From positions 43,375 to 107,374 of the forward strand of contig CAVDQB010000002.1 of NCBI GenBank assembly GCA_963611255.1: a stretch of 64,000 nucleotides of DNA, given 5' to 3'. Source of the DNA: Faecalibacterium prausnitzii (GTDB taxonomy: Bacteria > Bacteroidota > Bacteroidia > Bacteroidales > Bacteroidaceae). The position numbers were made by a program, and so were the translations under genes. A model generated the notes under the pieces. That model did no database searches. It was not told the origin of the DNA and saw nothing but the letters and a program-made list of their open reading frames with translations. Shown here one piece after another: positions 1 through 11,824 of the stretch (within the stretch, counting starts at the first letter, position 1; each line of letters starts with the position of its first letter).

Positions 1-1
1 G

Positions 2-1681
2 ATGAAGACGGCTGTTCAGGACAAATACCGCTCGCCTCACAGCCACATAAGTTCGCAGTGGACGGTCAGCATCATATTCTTCCTGTTCTGTCTGATTCTG
101 CTCTACGGTTGCGTAGCCATTGCACTGAACGTGCTGTTCATACGCTTTGTCCTGCCGAAAAGGTTCAAGACGAAGGAGTTTATGGACAAACGCATCTGCG
201 TCATCCTTGCCACAAGCGCCGTCACCCTTGCCATCATACTCGGCCTGATACGTCTGACCATCTCCGACCAGTACTTCATCATCATGGCGTCAGGACTGTT
301 GGTGGAATACGCATGGATGCTGGGCGTGCTGCTGATATCGCTCTTGCTGCGCCTTGACGGAGCGCAGATAAAGAGCGCGTTCCGCATTTATTCGCCGTTG
401 ATATTCATTGGCTTCATCGTCATAACGTTCCGTATAATCCTCATACCGAACGATTTGGTAAACCTGATATTCCCCCCTATCCTGCTGGTTTGCACGATAT
501 GGCAGTGGAATGTCATCAAACGCCATGGCGAGAACATCCCACGCAGCGACAAGTACTACACCTATATGTCACTCCTGATGTTTGTCACCGCAGTGGCGTT
601 GTCATGGTCAGGCTACACGTTACTGAGCGTCCAGTCGCTCATCTGGTGGATAATGCAGTTGACATGTATATTGACTATAACATGTATATCGGGCTGGATG
701 AAGAACTGGGCGGAGCATCGTGACTTTTACAAAAAGCCGATTACTGAGACGTGGCTGTATGATTTCTGCCGCACCGTACTCATGCCTTCGCTCGGAGCAG
801 GGTCGATTGTGCTGGCCATATACTGGGCTGCCGACGTATTTAACCTCAGCAGTACGACATGGACAATATTCAGTACGAAATTCATAGACACCGCAAACTT
901 CTCCGCAAGCATATACGGTCTGTGTTTGGTAGTGGTCCTTTACTTCCTCTTTGCCTACATCAACCGCTCCGCAAAGGCTCTTCTCTCGCTGCATCTGGAC
1001 AAGAACAACTACTCGAATGCAGCGTCGAGGAACGTTTTGGGGCATAATGTCATACAGATATTGGTGTGGGGTTCATGGGCATTGATAGTCCTCAGCATAC
1101 TCCATGTCGGCAACTCTTGGTTGCTGGTAGTCTCGGGCGGACTTTCCACCGGTGTCGGTTTCGCGTCCAAAGACATCATCGAAAACATCTACTACGGTAT
1201 CTCCCTGATGACAGGAAGAGTGAAAATCGGTGACCTGATAGAGTGCGACGGATACAGGGGAACGGTGAGTTCGATAAGTTACACGTCAACGTTGGTCAAC
1301 ATATCCGACGGTTCCGTGATAGCGTTTCAGAACTCGCAACTGTTCACAAAGAACTATAAGAACCTCACGAGAAACCACGGTTACGAGCTCGACAAGATTG
1401 AAGTGGGAGTTGCTTACGGCACAGACATCGACAAGGTGAGGTCTTTGCTCACAGAGAACATATCCAAACTGCCGTTCCTGAAGAAGAACAAGCCCGTGTC
1501 AGTCATACTCGACAGTTTCGCAGACTCCGCCGTCAACCTCAAAATATTGGTATGGGTTCCTGTGGCAACGCAGTATATCAACGACGGAGAAATACGCGAA
1601 TGCATATACAAGACCCTCAATGACAACAACATTGAGATACCGTTCCCACAGTTGGATGTAAATTCAAAACAAGCACAATGA
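2..1681 (+). CDS. MscS-family mechanosensitive ion channel (start uncertain, ORF open to window edge)
   Basis: 559-aa ORF. Many N-terminal hydrophobic helices are followed by an MscS-like segment GLSTGVGFASKDIIENIYYGISLMTGRVKIGDLIECDGYRGTVSSISYTSTLVNISDGSVIAFQNSQL. Confidence 0.8.
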   Translation: MKTAVQDKYRSPHSHISSQWTVSIIFFLFCLILLYGCVAIALNVLFIRFVLPKRFKTKEFMDKRICVILATSAVTLAIILGLIRLTISDQYFIIMASGLLVEYAWMLGVLLISLLLRLDGAQIKSAFRIYSPLIFIGFIVITFRIILIPNDLVNLIFPPILLVCTIWQWNVIKRHGENIPRSDKYYTYMSLLMFVTAVALSWSGYTLLSVQSLIWWIMQLTCILTITCISGWMKNWAEHRDFYKKPITETWLYDFCRTVLMPSLGAGSIVLAIYWAADVFNLSSTTWTIFSTKFIDTANFSASIYGLCLVVVLYFLFAYINRSAKALLSLHLDKNNYSNAASRNVLGHNVIQILVWGSWALIVLSILHVGNSWLLVVSGGLSTGVGFASKDIIENIYYGISLMTGRVKIGDLIECDGYRGTVSSISYTSTLVNISDGSVIAFQNSQLFTKNYKNLTRNHGYELDKIEVGVAYGTDIDKVRSLLTENISKLPFLKKNKPVSVILDSFADSAVNLKILVWVPVATQYINDGEIRECIYKTLNDNNIEIPFPQLDVNSKQAQ

Positions 1682-1830
1682 ACGACTTCATATTCTACAT
1701 ACTCGTCATCTTGGTCATCATGATCGGTTTCCTGATTGTCAGAAAGGTGGCAACCTGCCTGATAAAGACAATCGTGGCACTGGCAATCATCGCCGCTATC
1801 CTGTTCCTGTACTACAGCCACACGGCATAG
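1678..1830 (+). CDS. Small hydrophobic protein, 50 aa (hypothetical)
   Basis: Hand-translated, below the ORF-track cutoff: MNDFIFYILVILVIMIGFLIVRKVATCLIKTIVALAIIAAILFLYYSHTA. Its ATG overlaps the MscS stop (ATGA). Two predicted TM helices. Confidence 0.35.
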   Translation: MNDFIFYILVILVIMIGFLIVRKVATCLIKTIVALAIIAAILFLYYSHTA

Positions 1831-1962
1831 CGACAGGGAAAATCACAACGGAAAACGGTCGTAAGAACTGCTTTTGATGTTAAAAACGGACTTTTCAATA
1901 TCAAAAGCGGTTCAACGTTTGTTATTGGTAGATATTTGTTTCCGGCATTTTCGGAAATGGCA

Positions 1963-1970
1963 TATCTTTG
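1963..1970 (+). promoter_or_regulatory. -7 box TATCTTTG (candidate promoter of the IPT/NHL lipoprotein gene)
   Basis: Matches the Bacteroidetes TAnnTTTG consensus, 110 nt upstream of the ATG. Confidence 0.4.
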
Positions 1971-2079
1971 CATAAGACTCATCTGCACTCGGGCAATTGG
2001 AAACAAGTTTCCTTGCCACTCGCTTGCAAAGTCTTTGCATAAGACATTACTAACTTAGTAAACAGCGTTTGAAAAAGAT

Positions 2080-3450
2080 ATGTACAAAACGACCAATCTT
2101 AAAGTTTACGGAAGAAAGGCGGCCATAATGTTGGCGGCCGCACTCACATTGTCACTCGCTTCATGCAGCGAAAAAGAGGCGGAGACAGCCGCATACGACC
2201 CCAACTCCCCTATCGTGTGCGAATCGTTCAGCCCTGCCGGCGGTCCGATGTCCACACAAGTCATACTGAAAGGAAAGAATTTCGGCAACGACGCTTCTGC
2301 CATAAAGGTGTATTTCAACGAGAAAGAGGCACCGGTTGTCGGTGCCAGCGGCGACCACATACTGGTGCTTGCCCCGCGTCTGCCGGGCGACAATGTCGTG
2401 ATAAAAGTGGCTATCGGCGAACAGGAAAGTTCCTTTGACGGACATTTCGACTACGAAATAAGGACCAACATCTCCACCATCTGCGGCGGCGACGCATCTG
2501 CCACGACAACTTCTGCATCCACAACCGGCGACCAATGCGCACTCTCCGAGGCACAGTTCTCATACAGTATGGAGAACACGATAGAGGTTGACAAGAACAA
2601 GAACATATTCTTCACCATGGACAAAATGGTGTTCTGTGCCAATGAAGACGCCAACCGCATGAAGAACATTGACGAGAACTCGGTGTTCCTGACAGTCGGA
2701 CAGGTCTACTATGACAAGTACAACGACAAGGTGTACCACAACTACTCCAACGGCGGAATGAACGAATACTACTATTATGACGTCAACAATGACTTCACGA
2801 AAATGGGCAAGGCGGACATCCAGTGGGACAATACGGACTTCGTGCTCAACGGCTTGGGTGTTGTAGGCGCAAAACGCACATTTGCAATGAACCCCGAAGA
2901 CGGAAAATTCTACAGCCGGTTGCTGGGAGGTTATCTCGTGCGTTGGGATCCCGAATCAGGTACTGGCGAAAACCTGACTACAATGTATGGCGGTGTGGGA
3001 ATAGGCACCACGAACGGCAGTTCCTATGGTGTGGTGTTCAGAGAACAAGAACCTAATGTAATGTATTTCAGCAATGACGAACTGAGTTGTATTTTCCGCC
3101 TTGACCTCAATACAGGAAACTGCACGGTATTTGCCGGAAGAAGCGGCAGTTCCGGATATCTCGACGGAGATGTAAAGGCGGCACAATTCTACTCACCGCA
3201 CCAGATGTGCGTGGACAGTGAGGGCAACATATACGTCGCAGACTCAGGAAACCACTGCATCAGGAAGATAAACATGACTACAGGATATGTCAGTACGGTG
3301 GCAGGAATACCGCAATCGGCAGGCTATGTGAACGGCACCAACGAGTCGGCAAAGTTCAACTATCCCATCGGATTGGCCATTGACACGGACGACATACTGT
3401 ATGTCGGCGACCGTGACAATCACGCCATACGACGTGTAGCCATAGAGTAA
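2080..3450 (+). CDS. Lipoprotein with IPT/TIG domain and NHL-type beta-propeller repeats
   Basis: Lipobox LSLASC. IPT-like VILKGKNFG..VYFNEKEAPVV..HILVLAPRLPG. C-terminal NHL-like repeats (GNIYVADSGNHCIRKI, DILYVGDRDNHAIRRV). Confidence 0.75.
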   Translation: MYKTTNLKVYGRKAAIMLAAALTLSLASCSEKEAETAAYDPNSPIVCESFSPAGGPMSTQVILKGKNFGNDASAIKVYFNEKEAPVVGASGDHILVLAPRLPGDNVVIKVAIGEQESSFDGHFDYEIRTNISTICGGDASATTTSASTTGDQCALSEAQFSYSMENTIEVDKNKNIFFTMDKMVFCANEDANRMKNIDENSVFLTVGQVYYDKYNDKVYHNYSNGGMNEYYYYDVNNDFTKMGKADIQWDNTDFVLNGLGVVGAKRTFAMNPEDGKFYSRLLGGYLVRWDPESGTGENLTTMYGGVGIGTTNGSSYGVVFREQEPNVMYFSNDELSCIFRLDLNTGNCTVFAGRSGSSGYLDGDVKAAQFYSPHQMCVDSEGNIYVADSGNHCIRKINMTTGYVSTVAGIPQSAGYVNGTNESAKFNYPIGLAIDTDDILYVGDRDNHAIRRVAIE

Positions 3451-3472
3451 CCGGGACTAAGCCTCGGTTCTC

Positions 3473-4357
3473 TTACTTGAAAAGTTGCCTGAAAGAAGTG
3501 GGAATCGGGGTCTCGAACTCCATTTTCTGGTGCGTCACGGGATGGTAGAAGCACAGGCAAATGGCGTGGAGACACAGACGGTGCAGAGGGTCATTGCCGT
3601 TTCCGTACTTCACATCGCCACAGACGGGATGACCTATGTCGGCCGAGTGGACACGAATCTGGTTCTTGCGCCCCGTCTCAAGTTTGAACTCGACAAGCGA
3701 ATGGTCGGTTGTGCGGTTCAGAGTGAAGTAGTGCGTGACGGCGTACTTCCCCCCATTGTCAACCGGACTGGAGTAAGTGACATACGCCTTATTGTCCTTC
3801 AGCCAACTGGCGACAGTCCCCTGGTCATCCTCCATCTCGCCGCTGACAACAGCCACATAACGTCTGTCATAGACGATATCGTGCCAGTTGTGCTCCAATA
3901 TCTGCTCCGTCTCTATGTCCTTGGCGTAAATCATCAGCCCGGAAGTGTCCCTGTCGAGACGATGAACGACATGGGCGCGGCATCCCTGACGAGTCTTTTG
4001 GAAGTAGTCATCAAGCACACTCTTAACGTTAAGGGACGAATGTCCGGCAGCCATCGACAGTATTCCGATGTTCTTTTCTATCACTACAATCCACTGATCC
4101 TCATAGACAATCTTCACATAACGGCTCTTGAAACTGTCGTTCACCTTTGACTTGCTGACCGAAATCTCGTCTCCGGCGTGCAGAAGGTGGTCGAATTGCG
4201 TCACGACTTTACCGTTCACCTTCACGCCACGCCCCGAAAGAGTGCCCTTGACCTTAGTGCGGCTCTGACCGATATTGTTCAACAACCAATTGAGAAGGGT
4301 ATCATCACCCTTCACAGTATAGTGTGCGTATTCTCTGAGTCTGGGATTGTATCGCAT
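3473..4357 (-). CDS. RluA-family pseudouridine synthase with N-terminal S4-like domain
   Basis: Catalytic motif HRLDRDTSGLMIYAK. I place the start at the ATG (MRYNP...) downstream of the -7 box at 4381-4388; the ORF-track start at 4369 is a TTG. Confidence 0.85.
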   Translation of the reverse strand: MRYNPRLREYAHYTVKGDDTLLNWLLNNIGQSRTKVKGTLSGRGVKVNGKVVTQFDHLLHAGDEISVSKSKVNDSFKSRYVKIVYEDQWIVVIEKNIGILSMAAGHSSLNVKSVLDDYFQKTRQGCRAHVVHRLDRDTSGLMIYAKDIETEQILEHNWHDIVYDRRYVAVVSGEMEDDQGTVASWLKDNKAYVTYSSPVDNGGKYAVTHYFTLNRTTDHSLVEFKLETGRKNQIRVHSADIGHPVCGDVKYGNGNDPLHRLCLHAICLCFYHPVTHQKMEFETPIPTSFRQLFK

Positions 4358-4380
4358 AATTGATGTCAATTTTTCGGTTG

Positions 4381-4388
4381 CAAAGTTA
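4381..4388 (-). promoter_or_regulatory. -7 box TAACTTTG for the pseudouridine synthase gene
   Basis: The reverse complement of caaagtta matches TAnnTTTG, 24 nt upstream of the ATG at 4357. Confidence 0.6.
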
Positions 4389-4419
4389 GCGAAATTAGCC
4401 GAAACGGACGTTTTTATAG

Positions 4420-6078
<1,659 letters not shown>

Positions 6079-6127
6079 GGCATTTGGCATATTATTTGCT
6101 CATTCCAAATCGTAAAACAAAGACCAC

Positions 6128-6691
6128 ATGAATAAAGAAAAAACAAATAAGAACGAAGAGGCGGAAAGCAAAGTTGACGCTCAGGAAACTCCCGTAAAGG
6201 AACAGGCAACTGAAGAAACTGTCGAGCCTAAAGAGGAGAAAGATCCTCTGGAAGCGGCTCTTGCGGAAGTCGAAGACCTCAAGAAGCAACTGCTCTACAA
6301 GGCTGCGGAATTTGAAAACTTCCGCAAGCGCACCATCGCAGAGAAGACTGACCTCATATTAAACGGCGGAAAGACCGTCATCAAAGCCATTCTCCCCGTG
6401 CTCGACGATATGGAGAGGGCTATCGAGAACGCCGCAAAGGCGGAAGATGTCAAGTCTCTGGAAGAGGGTTGGGAACTGATAGCGAAGAAACTCAACAAGA
6501 GCCTGGAAGGTGTAGGAGTGAAGAAAATCGACACCGAAAACGCAGATTTCAACACCGATTATCACGAGGCTGTGGCTATGGTTCCCGGTATGGGAGATGA
6601 CAAAAAAGGCAAAGTCATCGACTGTTTGCAGAACGGCTACACTCTGAACGACACGGTTATCCGTCATGCCAAAGTGGCAGTAGGACAATAA
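6128..6691 (+). CDS. grpE: Nucleotide exchange factor GrpE
   Basis: Acidic N-terminus, then AEFENFRKR and a C-terminal GrpE fold segment. Lies immediately upstream of dnaJ. Confidence 0.9.
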   Translation: MNKEKTNKNEEAESKVDAQETPVKEQATEETVEPKEEKDPLEAALAEVEDLKKQLLYKAAEFENFRKRTIAEKTDLILNGGKTVIKAILPVLDDMERAIENAAKAEDVKSLEEGWELIAKKLNKSLEGVGVKKIDTENADFNTDYHEAVAMVPGMGDDKKGKVIDCLQNGYTLNDTVIRHAKVAVGQ

Positions 6692-6737
6692 AAACAGGTG
6701 TTCTTGACACCTTACATTATTATAAGAGGATAACAGA

Positions 6738-7919
6738 ATGGCAAAACGCGATTATTATGAAGTGCTCGGCGTTGACAAGAAAGCCAGCGCTGCAGATATA
6801 AAAAAGGCTTACCGGAAGATTGCGATAAAGTATCATCCCGACCGCCAAGGCAACAAATCGGAAACCGAAAAGAAAGAGGCTGAAGAGAAGTTCAAAGAGG
6901 CTGCCGAGGCTTACGCTGTTCTCTCCGACGAGCAGAAACGTCAGCAGTACGACCAGTTCGGATTCGACGGTCCAAGTGCAGGAGGCGGTTTCGGAGGCTT
7001 CGGCGGTGCCGGTGGCTTCTCCATGGACGACATCTTCTCCGCATTCGGCGACATCTTCGGCGGTCACAGCGGCTTCGGAAGTTCTTTCGGAGGCGGCTAT
7101 GGCAGGTCAAGAGGACAGCGTGTGTACAAGGGAGCAGACCTGCGTCTGAAGGTGAAACTCACCCTTGAGGAGATAAACTCGGGTGTCACCAAGAAGTTCA
7201 AGGTCAGAAAGGATGTGAAGTGCAGCCGTTGCAACGGTACGGGAAGTGCCAGCGGCTCAGGCACGACAACCTGTTCCAACTGTTCGGGAAGCGGTGTCGT
7301 CTACCGCACACAGCATACTATGCTCGGCATGATGCAGACTCAGACGGAGTGCCCGGTATGTCACGGCGAGGGACAAGTCATCAAAGACAAGTGTCCGTCT
7401 TGCGGTGGCACAGGCGTAGTAAAGGGCGAAGAGGTCGTTGAAATTAAGATTCCGGCAGGCGTGCAGGACGGTATGGTCGTGAACGTACAGGGACAAGGCA
7501 ACGCCGGACCACGCAACGGAGTGGCAGGAAACATACAGGTTTATATCGAGGAAGAGCCGCACAAGACATTTGTCCGCGACGGTCAGGACTTGATATACAA
7601 CCTCTTGCTCGATTTCCCTACTGCCGCTTTGGGTGGCTATGTGGAAATCCCCACGATTGAGAACACCAAGTTGAAGATAAAGATTGAACCGGGTACACAA
7701 CCGGGAAAGACCCTTCGCCTACGGAGCAAAGGACTGCCTTCCGTACAAGGATACGGTACAGGACGCGGCGATTTGCTCGTAAACATAAGCGTATATGTAC
7801 CGAAGGAGTTGTCAAGAGACGAGCGCAAAGCCCTGGAGACATTCCGTGACAGCGACAACTTCAAGGGTGACAGCGACACGAAAAAATCCATCTTCGACCG
7901 CTTCAGAAACTATTTCTGA
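6738..7919 (+). CDS. dnaJ: Molecular chaperone DnaJ
   Basis: J-domain with HPD (KYHPDR), a G/F-rich linker, and four CxxCxGxG zinc-finger repeats. Confidence 0.95.
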   Translation: MAKRDYYEVLGVDKKASAADIKKAYRKIAIKYHPDRQGNKSETEKKEAEEKFKEAAEAYAVLSDEQKRQQYDQFGFDGPSAGGGFGGFGGAGGFSMDDIFSAFGDIFGGHSGFGSSFGGGYGRSRGQRVYKGADLRLKVKLTLEEINSGVTKKFKVRKDVKCSRCNGTGSASGSGTTTCSNCSGSGVVYRTQHTMLGMMQTQTECPVCHGEGQVIKDKCPSCGGTGVVKGEEVVEIKIPAGVQDGMVVNVQGQGNAGPRNGVAGNIQVYIEEEPHKTFVRDGQDLIYNLLLDFPTAALGGYVEIPTIENTKLKIKIEPGTQPGKTLRLRSKGLPSVQGYGTGRGDLLVNISVYVPKELSRDERKALETFRDSDNFKGDSDTKKSIFDRFRNYF

Positions 7920-7921
7920 CA

Positions 7922-9208
7922 ATGAACTACGAACAGACGATAGACTATCTCTATAATGCTGCGCCAGCCTTTGAGAAGGTTGGCGCAGGTGCATATAAGG
8001 AGGGGCTTTACAACACCCACGCTCTTGACGACCACTTCGGTCATCCCCACAAATCGTACAAGACAATCCACATCGCCGGAACCAACGGCAAGGGCAGTTG
8101 TTCCCACACTTTGGCGGCGATTCTCCAGTCCGCAGGTTACAAGGTCGGGCTGTACACGTCGCCCCATTTGGTTGATTTCCGTGAACGGATAAGGGTTAAC
8201 GGCGAGTGCATATCAAAGGAAAGAGTGGTCAAGTTCGTCGAAGAAGAACGCTCATTCTTTGAGCCTTTACATCCAAGTTTCTTTGAACTGACCACCGCTT
8301 TGGCATTCAAGTATTTTGAGGAACAGTCTGTTGACATTGCCGTCATCGAGGTAGGATTGGGCGGAAGACTTGATTGTACAAACATTATAACTCCCCTACT
8401 CTCAGTCATTACCAACATCAGTTTCGACCACACCCAGTTTCTCGGCAACACGCTTGCTCTCATTGCAGGAGAAAAAGCAGGCATAATAAAGCCCGGAGTG
8501 CCTTGTGTCGTCGGCGAATACACAAGCGAGACACGTCCCGTTTTCGAGCGCAAGGCGAACGAATGCGGCTCTCCCATTGTATTCGCTGAAGACAACAGGA
8601 TGACAAATGATGCCGATTTTGAACTCAAGGGCTATTATCAGGGAAAAAACAAGAACACCATCCTCAATGCGATATCCGTGCTCCGCAACATTCTCTGCAT
8701 TGATGACAATGCAGTGAAGCACGGAATGGAGAATGTGTGCGAACTCACCGGGCTGGCCGGAAGGTGGCAGACTCTCGCCACGAAACCGCTTGTCATCTGC
8801 GACACCGGGCACAATCTCGCCGGGTGGGAATATCTTTCCTCTCAGATAACGGACACCGCCGACAGACTGAAAAGCAGTGCAGAAGCGGAAAGGAAACAGT
8901 CTGTGACGCGTATTGTCTTCGGAATGGTCGACGACAAGGACATAAAAGCCGTAATGGAACTGCTGCCCAAAGACGCCGTGTACTATTTCTGCCAGGCGAC
9001 GACACACCGTGCAATAAAGGCGAAAGACGTGTTTGGAATGGCGCAAGAGGTTGGACTTCACGGCACTTACCACAGTTCCGTCAGTCAAGCATACAGGAAA
9101 GCACTGTCGGAATCAGCTCCTACCGACTTCCTTTTTGTCGGCGGAAGCAGTTATGTAGTCGCCGACTTGCTTTCTTCATTGGCAGGCGCAGAAGCCCAAT
9201 CCGTTTAA
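7922..9208 (+). CDS. folC: Bifunctional folylpolyglutamate synthase / dihydrofolate synthase
   Basis: Mur-ligase P-loop GTNGKGS, with FolC-like length and layout. Confidence 0.85.
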   Translation: MNYEQTIDYLYNAAPAFEKVGAGAYKEGLYNTHALDDHFGHPHKSYKTIHIAGTNGKGSCSHTLAAILQSAGYKVGLYTSPHLVDFRERIRVNGECISKERVVKFVEEERSFFEPLHPSFFELTTALAFKYFEEQSVDIAVIEVGLGGRLDCTNIITPLLSVITNISFDHTQFLGNTLALIAGEKAGIIKPGVPCVVGEYTSETRPVFERKANECGSPIVFAEDNRMTNDADFELKGYYQGKNKNTILNAISVLRNILCIDDNAVKHGMENVCELTGLAGRWQTLATKPLVICDTGHNLAGWEYLSSQITDTADRLKSSAEAERKQSVTRIVFGMVDDKDIKAVMELLPKDAVYYFCQATTHRAIKAKDVFGMAQEVGLHGTYHSSVSQAYRKALSESAPTDFLFVGGSSYVVADLLSSLAGAEAQSV

Positions 9209-9312
9209 TTGTTTTTAACGCAAAAACCGCTTTTATTTTTTCCGTTTTCTGTTGTTAGGTTGTGTTTTTTTCCGTTACTTTGCAGTAAAGAAGTAACTAA
9301 AAACTCACGGTT

Positions 9313-10404
9313 ATGTCGAACACAAACGAAACGGAGTATCTCTGCGGCCTGAAGAAGAAAGATTTTCAGACCACGATAGACGGAAAAAGCGTTGACCTTT
9401 TTATCCTCAAGAATAATTCAGGCAGCGAAGTAGCAATAACAAACTACGGAGGCGCACTCGTCGCAATAATGGTTCCCGACCGGAAAGGCAACTTTGCCAA
9501 CGTGATACAGGGACACGACAACATCGCGGATGTGATGAACAGCCCCGAGCCATACCTCTCTACTCTCATTGGGAGATACGGCAACAGAATAGCGAAAGGT
9601 AAGTTCCGACTCAACGGAAAGGGCTATGACCTTTTTGTAAACAACGGTCCCAACTCTCTCCACGGCGGCAAAACAGGTTGGAACGCCAAGGTCTGGGATG
9701 CCATACAAATGAATGATCACGAGCTGTCACTCACCTATGTGTCACCCTACGGAGAGGAAGGCTACACCGGGGAAGTGAAGATTCATGTCACCTATACATG
9801 GACTGAAGACAACGAACTCGTTATCAATTACCTTGCCGAAACCAACAAAAAGACCATCATAAACGTCACCAACCACGGTTTCTTCTCGCTCGCAGGCATC
9901 GCCAATCCCACTCCCACGATTGATGATCTCGAGTGCGAGATCAATGCAGACTTCTATATCCCCATTGACGAAACGTCGATTCCGACCGGCGAAATCCTCA
10001 AGGTTGCAGGCACACCGTTTGATTTCCGCACACCGAAACCTGTCGGCAGGGACATCGATGCAGACCATGAGCAGATAAAGAACGGCGCCGGCTATGACCA
10101 CTGCTATGTGCTCAACAAGCGCGAAGAGGGCGAACTCTCGTTTGCCGCACGCATCAAAGAGCCGAAGAGCGGACGTACCATGGAGGTATACACCACAGAA
10201 CCAGGAGTGCAGCTCTACACTGACAACTGGGCAGACGGCTACAAAGGACAGCATGGAGCAACGTTCGGCCGTCGCTCGGCAATATGTTTCGAGTGCCAGC
10301 ACTTCCCCGACACGCCCAACCATCCGTATTTCCCGAGCGTGCAACTCTGTCCGGACAGGAAATACAAGCAGAAGACAATCTACAAGTTTGGAGTGGATGA
10401 ATAA
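9313..10404 (+). CDS. galM: Aldose 1-epimerase (galactose mutarotase), cytoplasmic type
   Basis: Motifs NSLHGG, EPGVQLYT and FECQHFPDTPN. Lies in the gal cluster. Confidence 0.85.
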   Translation: MSNTNETEYLCGLKKKDFQTTIDGKSVDLFILKNNSGSEVAITNYGGALVAIMVPDRKGNFANVIQGHDNIADVMNSPEPYLSTLIGRYGNRIAKGKFRLNGKGYDLFVNNGPNSLHGGKTGWNAKVWDAIQMNDHELSLTYVSPYGEEGYTGEVKIHVTYTWTEDNELVINYLAETNKKTIINVTNHGFFSLAGIANPTPTIDDLECEINADFYIPIDETSIPTGEILKVAGTPFDFRTPKPVGRDIDADHEQIKNGAGYDHCYVLNKREEGELSFAARIKEPKSGRTMEVYTTEPGVQLYTDNWADGYKGQHGATFGRRSAICFECQHFPDTPNHPYFPSVQLCPDRKYKQKTIYKFGVDE

Positions 10405-10496
10405 CACAGGAGGTCTTTGGAGCCGCCACAGGTTCTAAGGACCTTTTGCCGTAGACTACAGAACAAAACAAACAAAAAACTATAAAAACCAAAATT

Positions 10497-11732
10497 ATGA
10501 CACAACAAAAGAACAACAGCAAACTAATTGCCATCATTGCAATGATGTTCCTTTTTGCAATGATTTCATTCGTCACAAACATGGCAGCGCCATTCGGCAC
10601 AATATGGAAGTTCCAGTATGAGTGGGCCGGAATGATGGGTAACATGATGAACTTCGCCGCTTACCTGTTCATGGGCATACCCGCCGGCATGATGATTTCC
10701 AAAATCGGATACAAGAAAACAGCCCTTGTGGCTCTTGCTCTCGGCTTCGTAGGCATCTGCGTACAGTTCCTTTCAAGCACCCAGGCACCCGATGCCATCA
10801 GCACATACGTCATCTATCTTGTCGGCGCTTTTATCTGCGGATTCTGTGTCTGCATCCTCAATACGGTGGTAAACCCGATGCTCAACCTTCTCGGAGGTGG
10901 CGGTAACAAGGGAAACCAGTTGGTTCAGACCGGCGGTTCTCTCAACTCTCTCGCAGCAACACTCACCCCTATGCTCGCCGGAATGTTGATCGGTGAAGTC
11001 ACAAAAGACACGACCATGGGCAACGTTGCTCCGCTTCTGCTCATCGCAATGGGCATCTTCGCCGCTTCGTTCATCATCATCTACTTCACCAAGATCATGG
11101 AACCCGAGCAGGCAGAAGGCAACATGGGCGAGATGATTTCCGGTGCTTTGAAATTCCGTCACCTCGTTCTTGGCATCATAGCAATATTCTTCTATGTAGG
11201 CGTAGAGGTAGGTATCCCCGGTGAGCTTATATTCTACATATCCGACATGGATATTCCCAGCGCGACAGCAGTAGCCGGCTCTATCGCCGCAATCTACTGG
11301 TTGCTGATGCTTGTAGGCCGTTTCACGAGTTCATTTATCAGCAGCGTGGTATCTACACGCACCCAAATCATCGTCGTGTCAACTGTGGCTCTTGTGCTGC
11401 TTCTCGTCGCTATCTTCCTGCCGGAGAGCATCACCATTGACCTGCACTACGGTGTCGTACCTGCCAAGTGCCTCTTTGTCATTCTCTGCGGTCTCTGCAC
11501 TTCAGTGATGTGGGGCGGCATCTTCAACCTCGCAACCGAGGGTCTCGGCAAGTATACAGCCGCCGCATCAGGTCTCTTTATGACCATGGTAGTGGGCGGA
11601 GGCATCATGCCTCTCATCCAGGACAGCCTCGCCAACGCCGTAGGTTACATCCAGAGTTACTGGCTGATCGTCGCAATGGTGGCTTACATCCTGTTCTATG
11701 GCCTTGTAGGCTGCAAGCCGGCGAAAAAGTAA
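10497..11732 (+). CDS. MFS sugar transporter, glucose/galactose (FucP/GluP) family
   Basis: About 12 TM helices, 411 aa. Sits between galM and galK as in Bacteroides gal loci. Confidence 0.8.
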   Translation: MTQQKNNSKLIAIIAMMFLFAMISFVTNMAAPFGTIWKFQYEWAGMMGNMMNFAAYLFMGIPAGMMISKIGYKKTALVALALGFVGICVQFLSSTQAPDAISTYVIYLVGAFICGFCVCILNTVVNPMLNLLGGGGNKGNQLVQTGGSLNSLAATLTPMLAGMLIGEVTKDTTMGNVAPLLLIAMGIFAASFIIIYFTKIMEPEQAEGNMGEMISGALKFRHLVLGIIAIFFYVGVEVGIPGELIFYISDMDIPSATAVAGSIAAIYWLLMLVGRFTSSFISSVVSTRTQIIVVSTVALVLLLVAIFLPESITIDLHYGVVPAKCLFVILCGLCTSVMWGGIFNLATEGLGKYTAAASGLFMTMVVGGGIMPLIQDSLANAVGYIQSYWLIVAMVAYILFYGLVGCKPAKK

Positions 11733-11764
11733 AACTATTTCCGACTATAAACAAAACTGTTAAA

Positions 11765-11797
11765 GGCGGGCGCGCCAACGTGCGCCCGCCATTTCGT
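11765..11797 (+). terminator. GC-rich hairpin between the transporter gene and galK (terminator/attenuator)
   Basis: GGCGGGCGCG-ccaa-CGTGCGCCCGCC followed by ATTTCGTT. Confidence 0.5.
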
Positions 11798-11824
11798 TAC
11801 ACCTAATAAAATTATCCTAACATT

